This document shows, one piece after another, positions 1 to 11,869 of a DNA stretch of 64,000 nucleotides. Within the stretch, counting starts at the first letter, position 1. Each line of letters starts with the position of its first letter. The notes under the pieces were generated by a model. It did no database searches. It saw nothing but the letters and a program-made list of their open reading frames with translations, and was not told the origin of the DNA. Made by a program: the position numbers and the translations under genes. The DNA lies in the NCBI GenBank assembly GCA_002633005.1, contig NMRA01000276.1, positions 75,414-139,413 on the forward strand. The letters are read 5' to 3'. Origin of the DNA: Phoronis australis. Lineage: Eukaryota; Animalia; Phoronida.

Positions 1-1
1 A

Positions 2-376
2 CAGAATATCTCTTTGCTACAGACATTGTGGTCAGTGCAAGCAATCAAAACTACGATTGTTAGAAAAATGCTGGATGAAATTTCGACATCATTTAAGAAA
101 TTTGAATCGGAAGGATCAGAAGAAAAGAGCCCAGTCAAGAATCAAGAGTGTGCCATTTTAACTGATTTTAAACGAAAAAAGCACATTCCGTTGTTTAAGA
201 GGCAGTTGTGCCCAAGTCTTGAAAATAGGATAGAGCATTATGCAAGGAAACAGCGTCTGGATTGCAAAAGCAAGAAAAATGTGAGCTATGAGTCTACAAG
301 TTGCACACCTGTTGTGAAGAAACAAAGGTATGCTCTGTCTGATGCACCAGCGTGTGTTACAACTGATTATAGTTGA
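2..376 (+). CDS. PUS3: Terminal coding segment of tRNA pseudouridine(38/39) synthase PUS3/Deg1-like gene (5' part outside window)
   Basis: Open frame QNISLLQTLWSVQAIKTTIVRKML...KHIPLFKRQLCPSLENRIEHY resembles the metazoan PUS3 C-terminus (LQQLW..HAVKT..L..ML...YKPLMDRPKC.GLESRIQHF, from memory). TGA at 374-376; AATAAA downstream. Confidence 0.75.
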   Translation, partial: QNISLLQTLWSVQAIKTTIVRKMLDEISTSFKKFESEGSEEKSPVKNQECAILTDFKRKKHIPLFKRQLCPSLENRIEHYARKQRLDCKSKKNVSYESTSCTPVVKKQRYALSDAPACVTTDYS

Positions 377-566
377 ATTGGAGTTGTTCACTTAGCAAAA
401 CTGGGTACTGTTACATTCAATATGTGATCATGACATGGGTGCACGAGTTGGTGCTCTTTGTGACTTTTACATTTATCTTTATTCACAACTTGATCAAAAG
501 GTAATAAGGAGCACGTAATGTTGTGCTTCTCATAGTTAATGAACATATTTGAACACTTAAACATTT

Positions 567-576
567 AATAAATAAA
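567..576 (+). promoter_or_regulatory. Overlapping AATAAA polyadenylation signals of the PUS3-like gene
   Basis: AATAAATAAA about 190 bp after the stop codon. Confidence 0.5.
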
Positions 577-1444
577 CATCAAGTTCAGATACATTTCTTA
601 CAGTTACCACAATATAAAATTTCACGGCTAATTTTACACAATATAAAACTTGAAATTATACACCAGCAGTGTTGAGCCAACATTGCACTACCGTCTAAAT
701 GGTCTCATTTTACTTGACATTTCAAACAAGTTGAGTTTGCGGGGTTGTGGAAAGTAACAAGAGTTGGCCGAATGAATGCTTCAAGTGTTAGTTATAAGGT
801 GCATGGCTCTGTGACTGGTCAGTTACAACAGACTAATGCCACATTTTAAGTATCACTGCTACAAGTAACTATTAAAAGGATACCAAACACAGTTTTGGCA
901 TATTAACATAAAAAGACTTCCCCATTCAGTTCTCTAAGACAAAATAATACTCTGTAACCCTCAAAAGTGCAGGAAAATTTGAAAACTCAAAATTCTGCTA
1001 AACGGGGAGGTGTGACCTACGCTTTTTGCGAATTACACAGCGATTCTGCAAAACGACCAAGGACGATAATGTCCAACCTGTGACCTTGGGAGCATGAATT
1101 ATTTGTGGATTCCTGCCTTTAACTTGGAAGATTGACACCAATGATGCAGTAGCAGGTGACCCAATGAGAACTGGTGGAAATTGTCAAATCAGGGTTTAGT
1201 ATCCGTTTAAATGGTCCAAGACGCCATTTCATGAAACTACGTCACAACACTGTAACAATCCAATAGTGCTGCAGATACTAACAAAGACAAAACTTGAGAT
1301 TAAAAGAAAGTAGTATCCCCAGAAATGCACGGCATGCCACAATTATTTAGCAATGCAATAGGAACTTGTGAAACTTAAAGAAATTTCATGGCTAAGCCAC
1401 TTGCAGAGTTCCATACTAAAAAGGTAATGACAAATCACTCCTAA

Positions 1445-1861
1445 AGCTGCGTTTACACGGGAGACAGTTGTCCCAGAGCAACTAACACACAACAGCTGAT
1501 TCGGCGCAAGTGTGTTTATGAACGACTGACACGGAGGAAGTTGACATCGCGGTGGCCATATTTGACTCTAACTTGAGAGGTAGAGCGAGATGCACTCAAT
1601 CAATTGCTTCAGTTTCAACTATACGTCAAAACACAACTGGGGCAGGGCGGAAAGGGATCATCTTTCAATGCGCTTGCACAATAATGAATATACGGGTGAT
1701 CCGTTGACATTCCACATGGTGTGGACTTACACTATTGTTTATGCGAGCATGCATACAGTCTTTGTGTAAATGACTCGTGCTGATCCAGTTTGCGATCTAA
1801 TGTCATGTAAATGCAACTGACGACTCGCATCGCAACAACTATTCCCTGTGTTAAAACAGCT
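1445..1861. mobile_element. PIF/Harbinger-like MITE
   Basis: Imperfect TIRs agctgcgtttacacgggagacagttg / caactattccctgtgttaaaacagct, flanked by TAA/TTA. Confidence 0.5.
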
Positions 1862-3680
1862 TTAGTTGCATAACCTTGCTTAACACCCCGTCGCCAGAAA
1901 AAACAAGACAAAAATACCCCTTGATCAATATCTTGGTCTGCTAGGAATTTCAGCCAGGTACCAAAGCAGAGGAGGTTTTGAGGAGAATTGGATTGCAAAG
2001 GAATTCTTATAAAAAATTATTTTTTGCCACACCTTAGTGCATGGAATATTGTTTGGTGGCCGGGCATTTCAACTATACAGAAATGATAGAATGGTTGACA
2101 CAATAATTATCAGACAAGGAGCAACAGCAACACTACATTACTCAAAATCAACCTTTTTAGTAAAACAAAATTATAAAAATTTATCGCGGCCACTTAGTGT
2201 TATAAAACTGGTCTCGGCTTGTTCCTTGTCCTGCTTGGGAGTAACTGTCAAAGTTCATCATTTTCGAGTGCAAGGTCAGTATTGCTGAAATGACCTGCCA
2301 TGACATTTTATTTGCCTAGCATGACAACAGGCAAAATCAAATGGTCAATTGTTCTACAGCCCAGATAACATACCTAATGTGGAGAAAGTTGAAATCAGTA
2401 ACAATGAGTTGCCTAAATGAAAAGTTGTTAATTTTGACACAAGGTATAAGTTGACTAACAGCTTTAAAATTTGTGTTTAGTTTATTTTTGAAACAGCAGA
2501 TAACAAGCAGCAAGCTGAGCTGTCTGTTTCATGTGAACAATAGATGGCAGCTCAGTCAAGGTAAGAACTATGACCTATGACCTTACAGCTAGTTCAATCA
2601 ATTTTATGCTAACATCTTGACACGAGTGGTCAGCTATTAATCACTTAAGGCAAGATGAACTGACAGTGTCCTGTTCTTGAAAATACCATGTCAAAGCCAA
2701 GCAGCAGAATCTCTATAGATTTTAGCACTCATTTATCTGCTGTAATGCAAAGTGTAAACTCATTGAAAGCTCCATTTTATATTTTGGCCCCACGCACTTA
2801 CCAAAACATCAACATTGTCATGACTGCTGTCAAATCAAAAGTTCTGAGTGTTTACAAAACAATTTTACGTGCAACCACACCAAATTATTTTTTCACAAAC
2901 GGAATCAATATACGGTTGCCATAAAAGAGTTAACATGCTTACAACTTGTTTCATTTTTGCCAGTGATCTTGGTCAGGCAATTGTAAAATTCTATTCAATA
3001 CAATATGTTTATTCTTCGTACATTTCAACACCTGAAAAGGTGTCTTAGGCACAGAACAATGTAGTCAGCCAGCCAACTAATGGATGGCTACTATAATAAT
3101 AGTCAATACCTCTCACACTCCACTATCACAGCACAAAATTCCAGTAGTTTTGCTCTGCTGTCATGATGCAGAATAAGAGATCATTTTGTTACTTTTTTTG
3201 GCATGTGCTGAACAAATTTTCTGCTTAATTAAAAATCGGATTAAGAAAAAATGGATTGCCCAAGGCTATTCCTCTAAATTTTAAAAACACATTGAATTGA
3301 CAATTTTGATTGACAATTGTCACATAACAACTAATTGACATTTTGTCCATAGCAGATGAGGGATGTCCACTTTACACCAAGCCTGTCCTAAACAACCTCA
3401 ACTTGCACAACAGACTAGCAATACCATCACATTGTTTCAAAAACTCAGAACTCATGTAGGGAACCTGTTGGGCCTCTGACTTGTCATGACATAACTTTCA
3501 CTGGGGATTGGTTGCACCTCTCACTTGTCACGGAACTGTGAACCAAAATGCACCCGATCTTGCCACTGTGAACTCATATTGCTTCTTTTTAATCGCACAA
3601 TGAGTCAGTATGAAGACCATTGTTCTTCACTAACAGTCTAACCAGCTCTGTTTTGACCATTTGAGAAGATATTCTGCTGA

Positions 3681-3888
3681 TCACTGCTCAATTTTGACTA
3701 GCAGTCCAACCAGCACTGTGGCCCCCTTCTCCTTTGTTGACCACTCCAACTCCTGGTTATTGAAATGTACATCAATAGGCTCCCTGGCACCCACTGTCTG
3801 TGGACCAACCTTGTATGAGCTTGGCTTGACACACACTTGGAACGCCACTCGAGCAAAATGGGCTTTCTGTGACTTGGGATCTTTATAT
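3681..3888 (-). CDS. NEURL4: NEURL4 last coding exon (ART-like domain C-terminus)
   Basis: ttccag|A TAT AAA GAT CCC: YKDPKSQKAHFARVAFQVCVKPSSYKVGPQTVGAREPIDVHFNNQELEWSTKEKGATVLVGLLVKIEQ*. Confidence 0.92.
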
Positions 3889-4092
3889 CTGGAAAGGCAA
3901 GAGTGATGCTAAGATATGAACTAAAATGGGTGAACATCCAAATCAATAATTAATCAACTCAGAAAACTAAAATTTTCAGCACTTAACAAGATTCAGTGGT
4001 TGATGTTATTGAGCCTACAGCAAATGAAACAAGACAGCAAAAACTTCGAAGTTGTTCAAGACTTGAGATATTGGGAAAATCTCTAAGCAATA

Positions 4093-5083
4093 ATGAATGC
4101 AAAAGGAGACAATACATTTTGTCCTTCATTCAGAAACAAAAAGATAACTGCTGGTAGGCAGAAGACAAAGCGGGCTCGCCAGCCGGCTCAGAAGAAGCTT
4201 GAAAACCTAGAAATCAATGTTCAGCAGGGTTTTAAGAGCCCTAAGTCTGACAGCTCGACTCCTGGGACATCCTCAAAACCACCCACCAAAGTGGCTAAAG
4301 TGGATAAACTACCTTATGCTAGCGTGGCTAAGATAGATCTTAGTGTCTTTGTGGCTGCAAAGGCTGGTGAGCCACCACTGAATGAGGACAAGGCTAAGCG
4401 TCTTAAGCGCCGACTACAGATGGCATTTGTCAGGCCTCAGAGACCCCGTGTCCCGCTTCATATTAAGTCAGTGAGACTTGAAAAGGGCAAACTAGTGATT
4501 GCCTGTGACAACTCAGCTACCCTTGACTGGGTCAAACTTGAGTGTAAGGAACTTACTCCTGATGGTCCTGACTCTCACAGGTCAGGGTACCTCGTGATGG
4601 GTCCAGGCGATCTACCTCCTGTGTTCAAGGCCTTCTGTCATGTGTCAGAGGAAGTTGCCTCTAATAAGGATGAGTTCTTGTTGGTCCTTAAGGAGTGCAA
4701 CGATGACCTGGATATGACTGCCATCAAACCAACGTCAAAATATCCCTCTAAGGGATTTACCATCGTCCTAGCCTTCGAAGAGTCCGCTTGGCAGGTTCTC
4801 CGGGAGATGGATTTTCGTCCCTGGTGCGGCTTTGCTGGGCATGCTTTTTAGAGCTAGGGGCAAAAGCAGTAAGGGGGCCAAAGCTTCTTTCCAGGCCTCG
4901 GAAAGGATGTCAACCTCGGAGATGGAAGCTGACAGTGCAGACACCACAAAGTCAGTGGAAATGGACGTGGGTGATGAAACAACCGAGGTAGGGAATGTTG
5001 ATGAGGCTTCTGAACCTGTACCATCCAATGACAGATCTTCTCTGGCTCCTTCCCCACTCACGAGTGATGTGGAGTCTGGGTAG
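4093..5083 (+). pseudogene. LINE ORF1 (DUF4780-like gag-equivalent), frameshifted near 4850
   Basis: ORF 4093-4851 (…LREMDFRPWCGFAGHAF) continues in the shifted frame 4832-5083 (FRARGK… acidic tail) across a T run. Confidence 0.65.
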
Positions 5084-5114
5084 GCAGTCACTGGTATATT
5101 CTTAACATGATGAA

Positions 5115-8100
5115 ATGAATCATGAGGTTAAAAACTGGCAGATAAATCTGCACCGGGCCAACAACCCATCAGTGGTTCTGCAACAGACGCTTGAGCGCAA
5201 TACCCTATTCATGGCCTTCGTACAAGAGCTGTGCTGTCGGGGAAGCGCGATGATGAACACTCCTAGGAATGCCAAATCTTATATTGCTTCACTGGGTAAC
5301 AACATCAAGCCCAGGGCTGCGATTCTGGTATCCAAGGACATAACCTCAAGAATCCTTCCTGAGTTTTGTGACAGGGACACTGTGGCAGTGTCCTGTGATA
5401 CACTAAGACCAAATGGTCTAATATGCACAGTATGGTGGGTCTCAGCCTATATGCTAGGGGACTCCGCTGAGAACCCACCCCCACCTAAACTGCAACAAAT
5501 CACCAATCACTGCAGAGCCAAGAATATCCCTTTGGTTATATGTTGTGATGCCAATTCACATCACGAGGTGTGGCACAGCACTGACACGAACCCAAGAGGT
5601 GAGGCACTTCTGGAGTTCATTGCCAGCTCACAACTTTTAATATGCAACAAGGGCCATGAGTCCACATTTGTTGTCAGAAACCGGCAGGAGGTTATAGACC
5701 TTACTCTGGTTAATTTGCCTGCTGTTGATGTGGTAACTAATTGGAGAGTGGATTCTGCAACTTCTTTATCTGACCACAGATACATCAGGTTTGAAGTGGC
5801 GACTTCCGTTGTTCTACTATTTACTGAGTATAGGAATACCAATAAGGTGAACTGGGAACTCTATCGTTCAAAGGTTTCCAAACTCCTTTCTACTCAAGAA
5901 ACAACAAATATCAGGACTCGTTCTGATGTCAACAAATTGGCAGATGACATTAACAATGCCCTGACCAAGTCACTAGATATTTCTTGCCCCAAACGCTGTA
6001 TTAAGGTCACTAGGAAACCAAAACAACAGATTTGGTGGACCAAAGACCTGGCAGCGCTTCGAGGCAAGGCACGTAAAGCTCACAGAGCGGCAATTCGGAC
6101 TGACACTGACGAGTGCTGGGATGCATATCATCTTGCCTATCGTATGTTTAAGTCTGCCACACGCAAAGCAAAGCGCAATTCCTGGAGGAATTTCTGTCAG
6201 CAAACTAACAGCCTCTCTGCATCTGCAAGGCTGATGCAATTGCTTAAGAAGAATCACTCCTCCAGACTCGAGGTCATTCAAAAAGAGGATGGCTCATACA
6301 CACGCTCCGCCGAGGAAACACTCGAAGTCATGATGGGTAAGCACTATCCTGATAGTGTAAACCTGTCGAACCAATATTCAAAAGTGACGGACTCCGAGGA
6401 GTGTGAACCATTAGCTTATGCTGATGTTGAAAACATAGCCACACCACATCTCGTGGAGTTAGCTCTAAATTCTTTTAAACCATGGAAGTCCCCAGGACTA
6501 GACATGATATATCCTATAATGTTGCAAGAAGCTGGGATACCACTATTCCAAATACTCACAGGAACTTACAAAGCCAGTCTTAGACTAGGTTATATCCCCA
6601 AGACTTGGACTGAAGCTAGGGTAGTCTTCATTCCTAAACCACGGAAGAACTCATACCTTGTGGCTGAATCATTTACGCCTATAACCTTAACATCCTTTCT
6701 TCTCAAAGGACTGGAAAGGCTCATTCTGTGGCATCTTGATAAACAAAGAATACAGAACAAACTTCAGAAAAATCCGTATGCTTATAGGCCTGGCTTCTCT
6801 ACGGAAACCGCTCTACATCATCTGGTTGCTAGACTGGAAAGGGCTGTTTTTAATAAACAATTTGCCCTCTGTGCCTTCATTGATCTTGTCGGTGCTTTCA
6901 GCAATATTAAGCATGATGTGAACCACTTTAAAGTGAATAGGTGTCTTACCAGGTGGATCATTAACATGCTTGGAAGTCAGTCTGTGACTGCTTGTCTAGA
7001 CAATGTGAGAGTGGCGGTTCGCATCACCAGAGGAACACCTCAGGGTGGTGCTGCCTCACCCACCCCTTTTAACATGGTTATAGATGGTTTGCTTCGACAA
7101 TTATCTGACATGGGTCCAAGCTTGTATGTTCAAGCCTATGCAGATGATATTGTTCTCAGTGTGTCTAGCATCGATCCTGACACATGTCGCTATCTTGCTC
7201 AAAGAGCACTGAAAACAACAGCCACACGGGCTAAGTCAGATGGCTTAGAAATTAGTGGTAGCAAAACAAAGGTCAATGCGGCCTTTAACGCTGAATGGGA
7301 AACATCTTGATCTTGTAGACAAGGTGACTTACTTAGGTGTCATTTTACACCATCGTCTTTCCTGGACCCCGCATATTACAGAAAAAATCTTAAAAGCCAA
7401 ATCGGCATTGGTGAGATGCAGTCGTGCGGTGGGTAAAACTTGGGGAATGTCTCCCAAGAATATGTTCTGGATTTATACTGCTGTTATCCGACCTATAATG
7501 TCCTATGCTGCGTCGGTATGGGTAACAGCATTAAAACAGATTACAATTATCAACAAACTTAGGCAGCTGCAACGTCTAGCCCTAGAAATGCTAATCGGTC
7601 TACCACCATTGTACATATACCTTGAAGGTGAAGCTGCATGTGCTGCACTTCGTCTCAGACATAATGGTCAGTGGGTGAAAACTAACATCCCTGACTCCAT
7701 TGCAGACAGAAGCCACAGGAATGTTTGTATTAAACTAATGGCCAAGACTGGGCAACTACGGAACATGCCTAGTGATGTCCAGGTCACAGCTTTAAATCAT
7801 ACAAACAATTTCTTCAAGGAAATTGGCGATGGATGGCCTACCGCAGAACACAAGAATGAGGTGGTTTGTTATATGGACGGCTCTAAACTGGAAAATGACC
7901 AGACAGGTGCTGGGGTCTACTTTCCAAGCCTTCCTGTTGCAGACGCAGAAAACTGGGTATCGCTAGGCAATCTTGCCACGGTGTTTTAAGCTGAGATCAC
8001 TGCAATTAATAGAGCTGCTCGACTGGCACAACAATATAAGACTGAACTTGGCAATCGGTCAATTACCATCTTTTCAGATAGCCAGGCAGCAATAAAAGCC

Positions 8101-8701
8101 CTAAAGAAACTAAGGGTCAACTCTCGTTGTGTTAATGCTTGTATTAATGAGCTTAACAAGCTTGCAATTGAAAGAACCGTCAATATACGCTGGGTCAGGG
8201 CCCATGTGGGAATTGATGGCAATGAGAATGCAGACAGACTCGCAGATAGGAGCAAGCGTTCTGCATTTTGTGCCTGAACCTGCTATCCCGGTATCTTACG
8301 AATGTTGCAGGATGAGTATACGCAACTGGGTACATACTCAGCAAGCAGCCCAGTGGGCATCACTTAACTCCTGCAGATAGACCAAGGAGAATTTTCCCAA
8401 CGTGATCAAACCAAAAGGTTCAAAAAGCCTTCTGAGTCTAGATAAATTGGGTAGAAGACACATCATTCAAATTTTGACGGGCCACTGCAACCCAGCCCGA
8501 CACAGACACATTACTGGGCATATGGGGAGCCCTGTGTGTCCTGAGTGTGGTACTGACGTAGAATCTCCTAAACACCTGGTAGAGTCTTGCCCAGCTTTTT
8601 ATAGGCTAAGGAGCAACCAACTGAATGGCACTGTTACATGCCTACAACATATAGTGCATGGCAACAAAAGGAAACGTCCTAAAGGAGACTGGCAGACTTG
8701 A
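5115..8701 (+). pseudogene. LINE ORF2: APE endonuclease - reverse transcriptase - RNase H - CCHC, disrupted
   Basis: Motifs: QINLH, FVQE, CDANSHH, SDHRYI (APE); KSPGLD, GTPQGG, QAYADD (RT); YMDGSK, AEITAI, FSDSQAA, GNENADRLA (RNase H); CPECG..HLVESC. Frameshifts near 7270 and 8250; stops at 7987 and 8378. Confidence 0.9.
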
Positions 8702-9325
8702 AAACTTTCTTCACGAGGAGCCATAATTGGGCTCTTGTGCTTTTGCTCAGGTGTTTTGTGCAATGGGCCCAACCATGAGGCCTGCGCACGTCTGATGCAC
8801 CGCAAATGACATCAGACCACCTGCCTTGTTTTTTTTTTTTTTTTTATGTAGCGCACATATAGTGACTTCCAGATGGCAAAAAATATGTTAGCGATGTTCC
8901 AGAACAGAATGCATCGGGGAACAGGCACTTTTTCACCTACCACCCCTTCTTTGTTTTGTTTCTTAACCGACAACTCGTAAATTTACACCTTGAAATGCAA
9001 GTCCCACAACTTTTTTAAAATTAATTTTTGTCACTTTCATTATTTGAAATTGTTTTACTGCTGCTGCAAACCTACAGATGAATGGAAACAGTCAAACACT
9101 GATCAATTAAGTAATGAAACAGAGTTTAATGACATGTAGCTGTAGTATGAACATGTAGTGAATGATATGCTACTTTCTAAATGGCCCAAACTACTCATAC
9201 TCCATAATATTTCCACCTTCACACAAATAACTCATACCTTGGCCCCTATTCATAAACTACAGCCCACTATTTAGATGATTAAGACAAGAACTTTTAGTTG
9301 AACCATTGTGAGCACAAGTCAAGTC

Positions 9326-9455
9326 AACCAATAGTGTGACATCGCATTATGTTCAGCCACTTCAACCAGTAGGTGACAGCACATTATGTTCAGCCACTGC
9401 AACCAATAGGTGGCAGCACATTATGTTCAGCCACTGCAACCAATAGGTGGCAGCC
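9326..9455. repeat. Minisatellite, about 37-bp unit x3
   Basis: Repeated cattatgttcagccactgcaaccaataggtggcagca. Confidence 0.8.
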
Positions 9456-9861
9456 ATTCCTGTTCTCCAGTAACTAAACCAATGATGATCCTCCTAAATG
9501 CAAATAGCGTGCGGGTTGTGATATTCAAATCCTAACCAGCACGGATCATTATAAGTTAACAGTCTATTGTAAAATGAATTGCAGCACACCAGAAATTCAT
9601 TGTTGACAAAATTTGGTTTGGACAAACTACCCAAAGAATTCATGGATCAAAAAAAAAACAGTAATATTTTACTTTTGCAAGAGGAACAACTGGTAGCAAT
9701 CTTTCACTTGCTCTGAATACAACTACTCAAAATCTTTACATCAAGTACCTCCCCCCTTTCACACCCATCTTACTGGAACAACGCCACTTACTACAGTGTG
9801 ATAAGTCAACAAAGGGCAAGATGGAGCAGACTAACCAATCAATCAATATGAAGTGACTCAC

Positions 9862-9988
9862 TCATATCTGGGACAGTAAGCCAGTCCAACATATTTTAGA
9901 GTTGGTGAGAAGAACACTTGACTGCTGTCTGAGCCATCCGGTTTATCATCGCCTGGACGAGGAGACAACATATAGCTGCAGATGTCAC
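9862..9988 (-). CDS. NEURL4: NEURL4 exon (ART-like domain, central Tyr motif)
   Basis: ttatcag|GT GAC...TAT GA|gtgag; DICSYMLSPRPGDDKPDGSDSSQVFFSPTLKYVGLAYCPRY. Confidence 0.88.
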
Positions 9989-11418
9989 CTGATAAAACAA
10001 ACACAACAGTTGTTAATTAAGCTGTGTTTGATCTGAATTGTTTAGTAGACCCCAAGAGAATATTGCATTGCTACATTATCTGATTCGCACAACTCACTGC
10101 CTGAAATTGAAGCAGTATGAACTGTGTTCTGACTCGCAACTACACTCAACAATGTAGGTTATCTAGGACCTTTAATAAATGACCTCAACTGTAATTAAAA
10201 TATCAAAAAACTGTTTTGTCAACCATTAGAACATATCGTGTGAAAGAAGAAAGATCAAGGATTCTACAACATGCTTCTTACTAGTGTGTCTTTATTATTT
10301 GTCAAATGGCCACATTCTTAAGTCAAATTTTCCTGTGCAAGTAAGGTATATTCTTAGCAAAATCAGAACTCAACAGATAATACAAAACTTTTTCAATAAA
10401 AACTATATGTCTTAAAAACGCTGGTACAAATTATTCACTGAGTACTAGTTTTATGACAATTTGACTTGTAAAAAAGAACACCGAATAGATCGGATCTTAT
10501 TCGTATATCGCTAAGTACGGGAAAACTAAGCATTTTACAGCAAAACAAATTTGGCATAAAACTCAAATTAAGTGAATAATCAAACATTCCTAACAACATT
10601 TTTGAGACAACACAAAATTTTCATTAAAAAAGTTGGCTGGGTGTACCTTTCTTGCATAAATGAAAATTGACGTGGTAACATGACAATAACAAAGACACAA
10701 TAGTAAGAAGCATATTTTTAGAATATTCGATCTTTCTCTTGTTTGCAGAAAATATACTTTTAATGGCTGATAAAGCATAGCTTTTTCGTTATTTGACTTA
10801 GTTGAGGTCGTCTAGTAAGGTACACAATGACCTTAAGTGGTATTCATTTAATCTTCATTTTATATTCTGATTTTGCATAGCCACCCAAATCAAACAGTCC
10901 GTGTGTTTGCACTGTTCACATCCTGAATTTGCTGTGTGCTGATGAGTTTGTAAGACCAAGATCATATCTCAACCACTCATATCGTATCTTGTAAAGTGTT
11001 CTTGTGCCAAATGTCAGCAAAGAACTGACAAGAGACTGCGCAAGTTGAAGTCAACTGATCAAAGAAGACTCATTTAGTAATTTTTCAGTATTGAATTCAA
11101 ATTCTTGACATCAATTAGAACTAGTTGAACCTGGCACGAATGTAACTTCTGAAGTGAGCACGCAAATTTCCGCCGGATGACAAACAGACCTTGTCACTTA
11201 AAGGGGACCCATTGAGAACAAGATTGACGACCGTTATTCAGAGAGCAAAAGTCTGGAACCCCTGTAACTGACTGTTATCAGTGTTATAGTGCGTACAAGA
11301 AATGACCAACTTGATATTCATAAGTCTCCGGTATCACAAATCCTTCATATAATAGTCTGTATTACAGTGACTATGACTGAAAAAAACAGTGCTATAGCAC
11401 ATGCAAAAAATATCTTAC

Positions 11419-11534
11419 TTGGTATTTGCAAGTCTCCAGTATCAAGAATCCTTCGTATAACCTCTACCCTAGTGCCATGGTAGGCCTGATGCCAATTTTC
11501 CTCAACCTGGTGAGCGTTGAGTTTAGCGGATATT
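11419..11534 (-). CDS. NEURL4: NEURL4 exon (ART-like domain, His motif)
   Basis: ttgtag|A ATA...CCA A|gtaag; ISAKLNAHQVEENWHQAYHGTRVEVIRRILDTGDLQIP. Confidence 0.92.
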
Positions 11535-11869
11535 CTACAATTTATCACAGACAGAAATTAAAGGACAAGTAACAGCATGCCAACAAACAACCCTTAAATA
11601 ACTCAACTCCTTCAACAGTAATCCTTACAAACCTCCATATAAACATAAAAGAGCAGCACTGAGCGTTGATATACACCCACCATGTGTATCGTATACAGCA
11701 CTGATAAGAGATGATCATTGTTTTAAACATCACATATAAGGGAGCAATGCAAGTTATTTTAATAGCAGCCTCTAGGAATACAAAGCAAGTCAAACTTGCT
11801 CTCTAAAATAAGACTACACCTGCAACCTTTCATCAATAATTCGTCAAGAAATTAATAAGTGTATGTGTA

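Larger units (their letters stand above)
4093..8845 (+). mobile_element. Non-LTR retrotransposon, I-group/LOA-like, slightly decayed, antisense within the last NEURL4 intron
   Basis: ORF1 plus ORF2 with APE, RT (YADD), RNase H and CCHC. The 3' end is a structured tail plus T17 (8829-8845). The 5' boundary is uncertain and I found no TSD. Confidence 0.9.

Noticed and set aside
10341-10836. Possible Kolobok-like MITE ending ggtacacaatgacc|ttaa
   Set aside because: The left terminus is too degenerate to support.
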